A program made the position numbers and the translations under genes. Positions 55,098-64,000 of a stretch of 64,000 nt of DNA are shown one piece after another; positions within the stretch are counted from its first letter, which is position 1, and every line of letters starts with the position of its first letter. Under the pieces are notes generated by a model. That model had not been told where the DNA came from. It did not search any database and saw only the letters and a program-made list of their open reading frames with translations. This stretch comes from an uncultured Lamprocystis sp. (GTDB taxonomy: Bacteria; Pseudomonadota; Gammaproteobacteria; Chromatiales; Chromatiaceae), in assembly GCF_903933125.1 (NCBI RefSeq), contig NZ_CAIZIZ010000366.1, positions 201 through 64,200 on the forward strand, read 5' to 3'.

Positions 55098-57782
55098 GTG
55101 AATACGCTCCCCGCGGTACCTGCCACACTTCCCCCGCGCGTCTGGTATGCCGAAACGCCTGAACGCGTCGCGGCTGATCTAAAGGTTGACATCAGCGTCG
55201 GCCTGTCCACTGCCGCCGCCGAAGCTGGACTCGGGGTCCATGGCCCCAACCGCATCAGCGGTCGGCCGCCGCGCCCGGCATGGAAAAAGTTTCTCGACCA
55301 GTTCCGCAACGTGCTCGTGCTGGTACTGATCGGCGCCGCGCTGCTGGCGGGCATCGTAGGCGATCTCAAAGATGCGATCGTCATTGGCGTTGTGGTGTTG
55401 CTGAACGCCACCCTGGGGTTTTTTCAGGAACACCGCGCCGAGGCGGCCTTGTCCGCCTTGAAAAAGATGCTGGCTCCCATTGCCCGGGTGCGGCGCGACG
55501 GGCATCCGGCGGAGATTCCCGCCGAAGCGCTGGTGCCGGGAGACATCCTGCTGCTCGAAGCGGGTGATCGCATCCCGGCCGATGCGCGGGTGCTGCGTGC
55601 CCATGCGGCCGAGGTTGCGGAAGCGGCGCTCACGGGCGAATCACAGGCCGTTGCAAAAACCCCCGCGGCGATTCCCGGTACGCCCCCGCTGGCCGAGCAG
55701 CACAACATGGTCTTCATGAACACCGTGGTTACCCGCGGCCGCATTGAGGCCATCGTCTGCGCCACCGGGATGCGCACCGAAATGGGCAAGCTCGCGAGCT
55801 TGCTGGCCGAGACCCCCGAGTCGGCCACCCCCTTGCAGGTGCAACTGGATGCGCTCGGCACCCGGCTGGCCGCCATCGCCGGGCTGGTCGTGTGTGCGAT
55901 CTTCGCCATTGGCATCCTGCGCGGCGATGCGCTGATCGACACCGTGCTGACCGCCATCGCTCTGGCCGTGGCGGCGATCCCCGAAGGTCTGCCGGCAGTC
56001 GTTACGGTGACGCTGGCGCTGGGCATGCACCGCATGGCCAAGCGCCATGCCATCGTGAAAAAACTCGCGGCGGTAGAAACGCTCGGCTGCACTACGGTGA
56101 TCTGCTCGGACAAGACCGGGACCCTCACCCTGAATCAGATGACCGCCCGGCGCGCCTGGTTTCACGGCCGTCGCTTTGCCGTCACGGGAGACGGCTACGC
56201 GGGTGTCGGCGCTATCCTGCCGGAGGATGACGCGCCGCCGCCGAATTGGCTGCCCTTGCTGACCTGCGCGGCACTGTGCACGGATGCTCGTATCCGCGAC
56301 GGCGAACTGATTGGCGACCCGACTGAAGGCGCCCTGTTGGCCTTGGCCGCACGGGGCGGCCTGGACGCGCCGACCCTGACCGGGCAGCAGCCGCGGATTG
56401 CCGAGATCCCGTTTGACTCCACGCATAAATTCATGGCGACCTTCCATCATGACGGCGCCCTGGTGCGGATGTGGGTCAAGGGCGCGCCTGATGTCTTGCT
56501 CGAGCGCGCGCGCGCTCACTTGACGGCTGCCGGCGAAGTCGCGCTCGACACGGCCACACGGGAGGCGTTCGTCGCGCACAATGCGGCCTTCGCGCAGGAC
56601 GCGCTGCGCGTGCTCATGCTGGCCGGCCGCACCATCCCGGCGGCCGATTTCGACCCGGCGGGCGAGCTGATGGTCTGGGCCGACGGGCTGACACTCCTCG
56701 GCCTGGTCGGCATCATCGATCCGCCGCGTCCGGAGGCGCGCGACGCCATCCGCATCTGCCAACAAGCCGGCGTGGCGGTGAAAATGATCACCGGTGATCA
56801 CCGGGCGACGGCCGCCGCCATCGCCCGTGACCTCGGGTTGACGGGCGAGGTCCGCGAAGGCCGTGACATCGAGGGCCTGACCCAGCCGGCGCTCGCTGCT
56901 CTGGTGGAAGGCACCGCGGTGTTCGCGCGGGTTTCGCCCGAGCATAAATTGCATATCGTCGAGGCGCTGAAGGCTCGCGGCCATGTTGTCGCGATGACCG
57001 GCGACGGCGTGAATGACGCTCCGGCGCTCAAGACCGCCGACATTGGTGTGGCGATGGGCATCACCGGCACCGAGGTGTCCAAAGAAGCGGCCACACTGGT
57101 CCTCACCGACGACAACTTCGCGACCATCGTGGGCGCCGTCAAGGAGGGGCGCACCATCTACGACAACATCGTCAAGTTCGTGCGGTTCCAGTTGTCCACC
57201 AATATCGGGGCCATCCTGACCGTCGTCGGTGCGCCGCTCTTCGGGATGCCGACCCCCTTTACCGCGATCCAGATTCTCTGGGTGAACATCATCATGGATG
57301 GTCCGCCGGCCATGACGCTGGGCGTGGAACCGCCCCGACCCGGCATCATGGACGCGCCGCCCCGCCCGGCCGACGGCCCCATCCTGACGCGGGATCGCCT
57401 GTGGCGTCTTGGTCTGTACGGCCTGACGATGGCGGCCGGAACACTCGCAGCCTATGCCTGGGGCGAGCATCACGGCGGCCACGACTATGCGGTCACGCTG
57501 GCCTTCACCACCTTCGTGTTATTTCAGTTCTTCAATATTTTCAACGCGCGTGCCGAGCATGAAAGCGCCTTCAACCGGCACTTCCTGAGCAACGGCAAGC
57601 TGTGGTCGGCACTGTTTTGCGTGGTTGCGTTGCAGATCCTGGTGGTGCACTGGGGCCCGGCGCAGGCTATTTTCGACACGGTGGATTTGAGCCTCGTCGA
57701 CTGGGGACTCGCGACCCTGGTGGCCGCCAGCGTCTTCGTGCTGGAAGAAGTTCGCAAGCTGTTCAGTCGGTGGGGGCGCTGA
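55098..57782 (+). CDS. cation-transporting P-type ATPase (P2, Ca2+/Mg2+-type)
   Basis: TGES, ICSDKTGTLT phosphorylation site, MITGDH, MTGDGVNDAPAL, 10-TM layout. Confidence 0.9.
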   Translation: MNTLPAVPATLPPRVWYAETPERVAADLKVDISVGLSTAAAEAGLGVHGPNRISGRPPRPAWKKFLDQFRNVLVLVLIGAALLAGIVGDLKDAIVIGVVVLLNATLGFFQEHRAEAALSALKKMLAPIARVRRDGHPAEIPAEALVPGDILLLEAGDRIPADARVLRAHAAEVAEAALTGESQAVAKTPAAIPGTPPLAEQHNMVFMNTVVTRGRIEAIVCATGMRTEMGKLASLLAETPESATPLQVQLDALGTRLAAIAGLVVCAIFAIGILRGDALIDTVLTAIALAVAAIPEGLPAVVTVTLALGMHRMAKRHAIVKKLAAVETLGCTTVICSDKTGTLTLNQMTARRAWFHGRRFAVTGDGYAGVGAILPEDDAPPPNWLPLLTCAALCTDARIRDGELIGDPTEGALLALAARGGLDAPTLTGQQPRIAEIPFDSTHKFMATFHHDGALVRMWVKGAPDVLLERARAHLTAAGEVALDTATREAFVAHNAAFAQDALRVLMLAGRTIPAADFDPAGELMVWADGLTLLGLVGIIDPPRPEARDAIRICQQAGVAVKMITGDHRATAAAIARDLGLTGEVREGRDIEGLTQPALAALVEGTAVFARVSPEHKLHIVEALKARGHVVAMTGDGVNDAPALKTADIGVAMGITGTEVSKEAATLVLTDDNFATIVGAVKEGRTIYDNIVKFVRFQLSTNIGAILTVVGAPLFGMPTPFTAIQILWVNIIMDGPPAMTLGVEPPRPGIMDAPPRPADGPILTRDRLWRLGLYGLTMAAGTLAAYAWGEHHGGHDYAVTLAFTTFVLFQFFNIFNARAEHESAFNRHFLSNGKLWSALFCVVALQILVVHWGPAQAIFDTVDLSLVDWGLATLVAASVFVLEEVRKLFSRWGR

Positions 57783-59346
57783 ACCCGTTCTCCGCCAGTC
57801 GATAGTGATGCAGAAACCAGGTATGCAACGGGCGTGCGCACGGGGGCGCGGCGGTCTCGCTCAGACCCTGATCGGTGCAGTCGAAGAAGGTGCGCGGGGT
57901 GTCGCTGGTGAAGCCCACGACCGTCGGCGGCTGCGGGCGCTGGGTGATGATCCAGAAGGGCTCACGCTGTACGTTCGGCTCGACCCGGGGGGCGATCTGC
58001 CCCACCAGATATTCGGACGGGCGCGTGAGCCCCGGCCATTGGCTGGCGGCAAGCTCGGGTTGATAGAAACGCAGCATGGCCGTGAGCTGGTAACGGTCGG
58101 CATAGACCGGCCCGGGCAGCCCGGCGGCCACGGCCGCCAACGCATCAAACCCGTGGGTCTCGCGCAGGATGCGGTTCTGGCTGTCCGGCAGCGGCAGGGC
58201 GGCGGTGGCGGCGTGATAGACGTAGAGGGTCACCAGCAGCAGGTTGGCCGCGGCAGCGCCCAGGACCCAACGGCGCAGACCGCGCAGCGGCCGCGCCAGC
58301 AGTGCCGGGGCCGCGAGCAGGTACATGGCCGGCCAGTTCGCCTCCACCTCGCTGCCGAGGGAGACCAGGGCGAAGAACCCGAGCGGAAACCAGGCGGCGG
58401 TCAGCAGCAAAGGCCTGGCATGGGTCGCCGTGACGGGGCTGGGATCGGCGGTCGCAGAGCGGCGAAAGAAGCGGGGGATGGCGGCCAGCAGCGGCAGCGC
58501 GATCAGCCCCCAGAGTGCCAGTTGTCCGGCCGCGAATGCACCGAGATTGGCGGCGCGCTCCGCCAGTGTCACCGGCGCCGAGTGCGTGATGGCAGTCGCC
58601 GCGGTCCCATTGGCAGGCGTGAGTGCACCGGCATCCAGGGCGAATCCATGGCCGAACTGGAAGCGCAAGGCCAGCCAGTCGTGACCCGCGTTCCACCACA
58701 GATTGGGGCTGAACACCAGCACGGCGAGCAGCGCTCCGAGATAGGGCCAGGGCGTGCGCAGGGCACGCGGATCGGTACGCAGGATGGCCCAGAGTAAGAT
58801 CGGCCCGATCAACAGCATAGTGTACTTGCCGAGCAACCCCAGACCGACGGCGAGGCCGACCGTGAGCCAACGGCGGCGGTCGCAGGCTAAAGCGCGCTCG
58901 GCCTCGTGCAGGGCCAGCGCCCAGGCGAGCACGAGCGGGGCATCCGGCGTCGTGAGGATGCCGCCCGCCAGACCGGGCAGGCTGGCGAACAGGAGCACCA
59001 GGGCGAGCGTGAGATCGTCGCGACGCAGCAACCCGCTATTGACATAGAACCGGGCCAGCACGATCAGGCTCAAGGTGCCGGCCGCCAATCCCCCAAGCCG
59101 CGCGGCCAGGGCGGAACCCGGAACCAACCAGGTGCCGATCCCCAGCACGGCCACCCCGGGCGGATGATCGAAATAACCCCAGGCGAGGGTGCGTGCCCAA
59201 TCGAAGTAGTAGGCCTCATCCTGGGTCACCGGCAACAGGGCCGCCGCGCCAAGCCGCCAGGCCGTCATCACGAGGATCAGCCCTATGATTAGCGGCCAGG
59301 GTGATTGGACGGGTTCAGCGTGGCCGCGTGGGTGTTGCGTGGTCAT
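57763..59346 (-). CDS. GT-C glycosyltransferase family 39/83 (ArnT-like), intact
   Basis: QDEAYYFDWARTLAWGYFDHPPG N-terminal signature. Multi-TM. Confidence 0.8.
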   Translation of the reverse strand: MTTQHPRGHAEPVQSPWPLIIGLILVMTAWRLGAAALLPVTQDEAYYFDWARTLAWGYFDHPPGVAVLGIGTWLVPGSALAARLGGLAAGTLSLIVLARFYVNSGLLRRDDLTLALVLLFASLPGLAGGILTTPDAPLVLAWALALHEAERALACDRRRWLTVGLAVGLGLLGKYTMLLIGPILLWAILRTDPRALRTPWPYLGALLAVLVFSPNLWWNAGHDWLALRFQFGHGFALDAGALTPANGTAATAITHSAPVTLAERAANLGAFAAGQLALWGLIALPLLAAIPRFFRRSATADPSPVTATHARPLLLTAAWFPLGFFALVSLGSEVEANWPAMYLLAAPALLARPLRGLRRWVLGAAAANLLLVTLYVYHAATAALPLPDSQNRILRETHGFDALAAVAAGLPGPVYADRYQLTAMLRFYQPELAASQWPGLTRPSEYLVGQIAPRVEPNVQREPFWIITQRPQPPTVVGFTSDTPRTFFDCTDQGLSETAAPPCARPLHTWFLHHYRLAENGFSAPTD

Positions 59347-59375
59347 CCTGAGGACCGGTTCGCTAACAATTTAGA

Positions 59376-60932
59376 TCAAGGCTCGATCACCAGCACCTCG
59401 ACCCGGCGGTTCTTGAGCCGGCCGGTCGGGGTCGCGTTGTCACCCACTGGCCGCGTCTCGCCCAGCCCCTCGGCCGTCAGCCGCTCCGGCGCCACCCCAC
59501 GCTCTATCAGTCCCTGCCTGACCGCCTCCGCCCGCGCCTTGGACAGCGCCAGGTTGATCGACTCGGAACCCGAGGAATCCGTATGCCCATTGATGATCGC
59601 CGTCAACTGGGGGTATTGCTGAAGCAGTGCAGCGATCTGATCCAGGCTGGGGATGGCACCTTTGGGAAGCGTCGAAGCCCCGCTGGCGAAATGCAATTCC
59701 TGTTCCGCAAGGCTGATCAGCATGCCGCGCTCGGTCTTCTGGGCATGCAGCTCGGCATAGCGCTCGAACAGGCCGCGGGTGTGGGTCAGCGCCTGATCCT
59801 TGGCTTGCAACTGGGCGGCCTGTGCCTCCTCGAACTCTTTGCGCAATGCCGTCAGGGACTGCTCGGCGCGGGTGCGCTCAGTCTTCAGATCCTCTTCCAG
59901 GGCAAGTTTCTCCTGCGCCGCCGCACTGACTTGCGTACGCACCTCCTCCAGGGTGCGGTTCACCTCGGCAAGCTCGGCGACGCCCTGCGCATGCGTCTGT
60001 TCGAGCGCCGCGCGGGTGCCGCGTTCGCTCTGCAATTCCTCGGTGAGGGCAAAGACCTTGCCGCGCAACTCGCTCGCCGCCTCCTCGTGTGACGCCTTGG
60101 TCGTCGTCAGCGTCTGGGCGTGCTCCGCGGCGCGACCCTCGGCGGCCGCCAGCCGCGCGGTGAGATCCTCGACGTTGCGCTCGGCGTTGGCCAATTGGTC
60201 GGCCAGTGCCGTGCGCGCTGCCGCGGCCTCTTGCCCGGTCTGCTCCAGGGTAGCGCGTAGTTCGGTCACCTGTTGCTCCAGCCCGGCGATCAGGGCGGCG
60301 CGGTCGGGGTCGCTGCCCTCGAGTGCCGAGCGGTAGAACCGCACGCGTTCATTGACCTTGGACTCCAGTGCGGTGCATTGCGCGGTGTTTTTCGCTTCAG
60401 CCGCGGCACCCGTCTGGCGCAGCCGCGTGACCTCGGCCTCCAATTCCTTGACGCGCGCCTTGGCCGCCTGGTCTTCGCTTTCCAGAGAGGCCCAGGCTGC
60501 ATGGGCCGCATCCAGCTTGTTGACCACCGCCTTGCTGGCCTGGGTGTATTGGACGCTGAGATCCCGAATCTGATCGTTCAGTTCCTGCTCACGGGCGGCT
60601 GCCTGCGCAATCTCCTGTCGATGCCGCTCGACCTGGGCGGTGACCGTCTCGTGCTGTCCTACCAGTGCCTGGTGCTCACCCTGGACTGCCTCGAGACGGG
60701 TCTTGAGGTCATCGTTCTGCGCCTTCAGCGTCTGTTCAGTCACCGCGGCGGCCTGGAGTTGCTGCTCCGCGGCGGACTGGCGCTGCGCCGCTTGGGCGAG
60801 CGCCGCGCGCTGTGCGGCGATGTTCTGGCGCAACCCGCCGGTGTACCAGTGGTAGAGCCCGTAGACTCCGATCAGGGCCGCGAGCAAAACCCAGGTCAAC
60901 AGCTTGTAGAGCGAGGAACGGGACTCGGACAT
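59376..60932 (-). CDS. OmpA-family peptidoglycan-binding protein with N-terminal TM anchor and ~350-aa coiled coil
   Basis: C-terminus FASGASTLP...INGHTDSSGSESINLALSKARAEAV...NRRVEVLV is an OmpA_C domain. The central region is heptad-rich (Ala/Glu/Gln/Leu). Confidence 0.8.
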   Translation of the reverse strand: MSESRSSLYKLLTWVLLAALIGVYGLYHWYTGGLRQNIAAQRAALAQAAQRQSAAEQQLQAAAVTEQTLKAQNDDLKTRLEAVQGEHQALVGQHETVTAQVERHRQEIAQAAAREQELNDQIRDLSVQYTQASKAVVNKLDAAHAAWASLESEDQAAKARVKELEAEVTRLRQTGAAAEAKNTAQCTALESKVNERVRFYRSALEGSDPDRAALIAGLEQQVTELRATLEQTGQEAAAARTALADQLANAERNVEDLTARLAAAEGRAAEHAQTLTTTKASHEEAASELRGKVFALTEELQSERGTRAALEQTHAQGVAELAEVNRTLEEVRTQVSAAAQEKLALEEDLKTERTRAEQSLTALRKEFEEAQAAQLQAKDQALTHTRGLFERYAELHAQKTERGMLISLAEQELHFASGASTLPKGAIPSLDQIAALLQQYPQLTAIINGHTDSSGSESINLALSKARAEAVRQGLIERGVAPERLTAEGLGETRPVGDNATPTGRLKNRRVEVLVIEP

Positions 60933-61036
60933 CAGGGACTCCGGGAGGTGATGGGGTCAGGCTGCTTCTCAGCGGTGCGGCGCACAGGATACCTGAACCA
61001 GGGCCGGGATCGGCAGCGGGATCACGGCCGCGGCGC

Positions 61037-62413
61037 TCAGGTCGTCAGGACTTTGATGAACACCTGAGAGTTACGCCGCAGGTTATAGAGCGCCTGTTTT
61101 TCAGTCGGCAGAGTCTCCAGGGGCGCCGGGACGAAGCCGCGTTCCTGGAACCAATGCGCCGTCTGGGTGGTGAGGACGAACAGCCGGGTGAACCCGCGGG
61201 TCCGGGCGATGGCCTCCATGTGTTCCAGCAGTTTGTCGCCGCGTCCGTGGTTGCGGTAGTCCTGATGGACGGCGACGCTGGCGAGTTCGGCTATGCGTTG
61301 TGCCGGATAGGGGTGCAGCGCCGCGCAGGCAATGACCAGACCGTCGCGCTCCATCAGGTAGAACCGGTCGATCTCGGTTTCCAGCCGCTCCCGCGAGCGG
61401 GGGACCAGCACGCCGCGCTCCTCCAACGGCCGCAAGAGTTCGAGGACGCCGGTCACATCCTCGCTGCGCGCGGGCCGCAGTCCCTCGTAAGGTTGTCCGG
61501 TGATCAGGGTCCCGCTGCCGTCGCGGGTATAGAGCTCGCGCAGCAGGGCATCGTCGCGGCGCCGGTCGATCAGGTGCGCGCGGGTGACCCCATGGATGCA
61601 GGCATCCGCCGCGGCACGCAACGCCTGGGCTAAGTCCTCGTGCAGTTCGGGGGCCGCGGCGAGCAAGGTTTCCACTTCGCCGCTCAGGACGTTGGAGAGG
61701 AGGGCGCCGGTGGCGTCACACACCCCCGGTTCTTCGATCAAAAAAATCAGCTTATCGGCCTTCAGCGCGATCGCGGCCGAGCGTGCGACGTCGGCGGCAC
61801 TGAGGTTGAAGACCTCGCCGGTCGGCGAGTAGCCCAGCGGCGGCATCAGCACCACCGCCCCGGCATCCAGCCGCTGGATCAGTGACTGGCGGTCCACTCG
61901 TCGCACCACACCGGTGTGTTCGTAGTCGATGCCATCCAGGACGCCGATCGGTTTGGCGGTCACGAAGTTGCCGGAGGCCACCGGGATGCGCACCCCGGCC
62001 ATGGGTGAGTTGGCGAGCCCCATGGAAAGCAAGGCCTCGACCTCCACCCGCGCCACCCCGGCCGCTTCCTTGACGCAGGCCAGCGCGGTATCGTCGGTGA
62101 TGCGCAGTCCGTTGACATAGCGCAATTCAATCTGCTGCTCCCGCAGCCGTTCCTCGATCTGCGGACGCGCACCATGGACCAGCACCAGGCGCACGCCCAA
62201 TCCGTGGAGCAACGCGATGTCATGGACCAGGTCAGGGAAGCGCGGGTCGGCGACGGCCTCCCCGCCGAAGGCGATCACGAAGGTCCGCCCACGGTGGGCG
62301 TGGATGTAGGGCGTGGCCTGGCGCACCCAGGCGACGAACGGGTCGCGTTCGGGGGGTGGCCCGTCGGCCGTGGCAGGTGGCGCGGTCGCGCGCCGCCGGG
62401 TGCGATCGGTCAC
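61037..62413 (-). CDS. argA: amino-acid N-acetyltransferase (N-acetylglutamate synthase)
   Basis: FVAWVRQATPYIHAHRGRTFVIAFGGEAV (AAK domain) plus C-terminal GNAT (QDYRNHGRGDKLL). Confidence 0.9.
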   Translation of the reverse strand: MTDRTRRRATAPPATADGPPPERDPFVAWVRQATPYIHAHRGRTFVIAFGGEAVADPRFPDLVHDIALLHGLGVRLVLVHGARPQIEERLREQQIELRYVNGLRITDDTALACVKEAAGVARVEVEALLSMGLANSPMAGVRIPVASGNFVTAKPIGVLDGIDYEHTGVVRRVDRQSLIQRLDAGAVVLMPPLGYSPTGEVFNLSAADVARSAAIALKADKLIFLIEEPGVCDATGALLSNVLSGEVETLLAAAPELHEDLAQALRAAADACIHGVTRAHLIDRRRDDALLRELYTRDGSGTLITGQPYEGLRPARSEDVTGVLELLRPLEERGVLVPRSRERLETEIDRFYLMERDGLVIACAALHPYPAQRIAELASVAVHQDYRNHGRGDKLLEHMEAIARTRGFTRLFVLTTQTAHWFQERGFVPAPLETLPTEKQALYNLRRNSQVFIKVLTT

Positions 62414-62422
62414 GATGGCTCC

Positions 62423-63769
62423 TTACTCGATGCCGAGTTTGGCGAGGCGGTAGCGCAGTGAGCGCAGCGTCATGCCGAGCTTCTTGGCGGCGGCGGTGCG
62501 GTTCCAGCGTGTCTCCTCGAGTGCCTTGAGGATCGCCTGGCGCTCGATCTCGCCCAGGTAATTCTCGAGGGGGACCGCGGAGTCCGGACCCGTGCCCCCC
62601 GCGGCTGCCGCCTCGGTCTGTGGCAGATAGAGGTCATGAGCGCCAATGATGGCGCCGTCGCAGAGCGCCGTGGCACGTTCCAGCACATTCTCCAGTTCGC
62701 GCACATTCCCCGGGAAGGGGTGCCGCGCGAGTGCCTCCAGCGCCTCGTCCGCGAGCTTCATCGGGCTCCGCTCGGCATGTGCCCGGGCGATCCGGTCGAA
62801 GATGCGCGCGGCCAGCAGCGGGATATCCTGAGGGTGCTCACGCAACGACGGCATCCGCAACTCGATGACGTTGATACGGTAGAACAGGTCCTGGCGGAAC
62901 CGCCCATGCTCCACCTCCTCAGTGAGGTCACGATGGCTGGCGCTGATGATCCGCGCGTCCACCGCCACCTCCTGTTGGGCGCCGACTGGTCTGACGCGCT
63001 TTTCCTGGATCGCCCGTAACAACTTGACTTGCGCGGGCAGCGGCAGGTCGGCGACTTCATCAAGGAACAGGGTGCCGCCCTCGGCCGCCTGGAACAGGCC
63101 CTCCTTGTCCGCCACGGCGCCGGTGAAACTGCCCTTCTTATGGCCGAACAGCTCACTCTCCACCAGTTCCTGAGGAATCGCACCGCAGTTGACCGCGACA
63201 AAATCCCCCTCGCAGCGCGGCCCCTGGGCATGAATCAGCCGGGCCGCCAACTCCTTGCCGGTGCCGCTTTCACCGGTGATGAACACCGGCGCCTGGTTGC
63301 GGGCGAGCTTGGCGATCAGTCGACGGATTTCCTCGATCTTCGTCGAGTCCCCGAGCAGGCGCCCCCCGGCGGTGTTCAGTTCACCAGCAGTTCCGCCCTG
63401 AGTGCGCAGCTTCAGCGCCGAGCCGACCAGGCGGCGTAACAGCTCGAGATCGACCGGCTTGGGCACGAAGTCGAAGGCTCCGGCCTTCATCGCGGCCACC
63501 GCGGACTCCATATTCCCATGCGCGGTGATCATGGCGACCGGCAGGTCCGGGCAGTGCTCGGCGATGTAGCGGACCAAATCGATTCCGCTCCCGTCAGGCA
63601 GGTTCATGTCCGTGAGGCACAGGTCGAAACGCCCCGTGTCGAGGTGGCGCCTGGCCTCGCCGACGGTCATCGCGGTGGTCGCGTGCACATCCATGCGCCC
63701 GAGCGTGATCTTGAGCAGATCGAGAATATCGGCTTCGTCATCGACGACGAGTGCGTGCGCCTTGTTCAT
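62423..63769 (-). CDS. pilR: sigma-54-dependent response regulator, PilR-like
   Basis: Receiver domain (ALVVDDE...CLTDMNLPDGSG), AAA+ core (GESGTGKE, GAFTGA-like GSFTGA, ESELFGH), C-terminal Fis-type HTH. Confidence 0.8.
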   Translation of the reverse strand: MNKAHALVVDDEADILDLLKITLGRMDVHATTAMTVGEARRHLDTGRFDLCLTDMNLPDGSGIDLVRYIAEHCPDLPVAMITAHGNMESAVAAMKAGAFDFVPKPVDLELLRRLVGSALKLRTQGGTAGELNTAGGRLLGDSTKIEEIRRLIAKLARNQAPVFITGESGTGKELAARLIHAQGPRCEGDFVAVNCGAIPQELVESELFGHKKGSFTGAVADKEGLFQAAEGGTLFLDEVADLPLPAQVKLLRAIQEKRVRPVGAQQEVAVDARIISASHRDLTEEVEHGRFRQDLFYRINVIELRMPSLREHPQDIPLLAARIFDRIARAHAERSPMKLADEALEALARHPFPGNVRELENVLERATALCDGAIIGAHDLYLPQTEAAAAGGTGPDSAVPLENYLGEIERQAILKALEETRWNRTAAAKKLGMTLRSLRYRLAKLGIE

Positions 63770-63802
63770 ACCGGCTCGCTTCCAGTTCTGGTGTGGTTCT
63801 GA

Positions 63803-64000
63803 TCATCCGCCGATCGACCCGCGAGGCGTCGCTGCGGCCGGTAGCGGGCCGGGCCGCGGGTGCGCAGACCCTGACCGTGCATGGTACACCACCGCGCCGA
63901 GCGCATCACCGCGTCCCGGCCGGAACAGCAATTCTAAATTCGGGCGGCATCGCGCGATCCCTGGTGGATGCGGCGCGCGCGACCGAGGTGCCGGATCCCT
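63803..64000 (-). CDS. possible 3' end of the cognate sensor histidine kinase (PilS-like), partial
   Basis: Open frame to the window edge ending ...NLELLFRPGRGDALGAVV..., weakly resembling an HATPase_c G2-box terminus. Position upstream of pilR fits. Weak call. Confidence 0.3.
   Translation of the reverse strand, partial: RDPAPRSRAPHPPGIARCRPNLELLFRPGRGDALGAVVYHARSGSAHPRPGPLPAAATPRGSIGG

Noticed and set aside
55641-57482. 613-aa minus-strand ORF
   Set aside because: It is antisense to the well-supported P-type ATPase. The sequence is low-complexity and Arg/Gly-rich with no family signature.

Overview
High-GC (about 63-70% by spot counts) gammaproteobacterial chromosome segment. Gene content (hupU-type H2-sensor subunit, sucAB, hemCD, zipA-ligA, pilSR, bamD/rluD/pgeF) fits a Chromatiales-like organism, but that taxon is a guess. 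Most of 11.2-39.6 kb and 51.4-64 kb is ordinary housekeeping DNA. Long ORFs antisense to real genes there are GC artefacts.

Four compositionally deviant blocks stand out:
1. 1-11.2 kb is a decaying defence/toxin-antitoxin island. It holds a GmrSD-like DUF262/DUF1524 gene cut by the window edge, a RES-domain gene split by a 117-bp AT-rich MITE-like insert, and a translationally coupled XRE/DUF4258/unknown trio. It also holds an Rpn/DUF2887 nuclease, vapB with a vapC stump, a RelE/HTH pair, and an SNF2-Mrr helicase-nuclease inactivated by an internal deletion. The island abuts an orphan hupU with no hupV.
2. 22.26-23.97 kb is a single 559-codon ORF stitched in frame from fragments of at least three unrelated genes.
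3. 25.5-28.08 kb is a lower-GC block containing a small SWIM zinc-finger gene and about 87% of the essential ligA gene. Only the 5' ~280 nt of ligA have native composition, which suggests a mosaic allele.
4. 39.6-51.4 kb is a ~50% GC glycan-biosynthesis island with flippase, six glycosyltransferases, two methyltransferases, DUF5672 and a frameshifted GT-C transferase.

The most unusual non-coding signal is a two-copy element (18950-19140 and 30949-31076). Its long inverted arms are hexanucleotide microsatellites, (CGTTGT)n(CGTAAT)n, around a conserved core. I do not recognise it as a described repeat family.

I found no complete, obviously novel multi-gene system. The best candidates for follow-up are the XRE-DUF4258-unknown trio, the microsatellite-armed hairpin element, and the SWIM plus mosaic-ligA block. 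No CRISPR array, rRNA, integrase or transposase was seen. One tRNA-Arg(CCT) is present.
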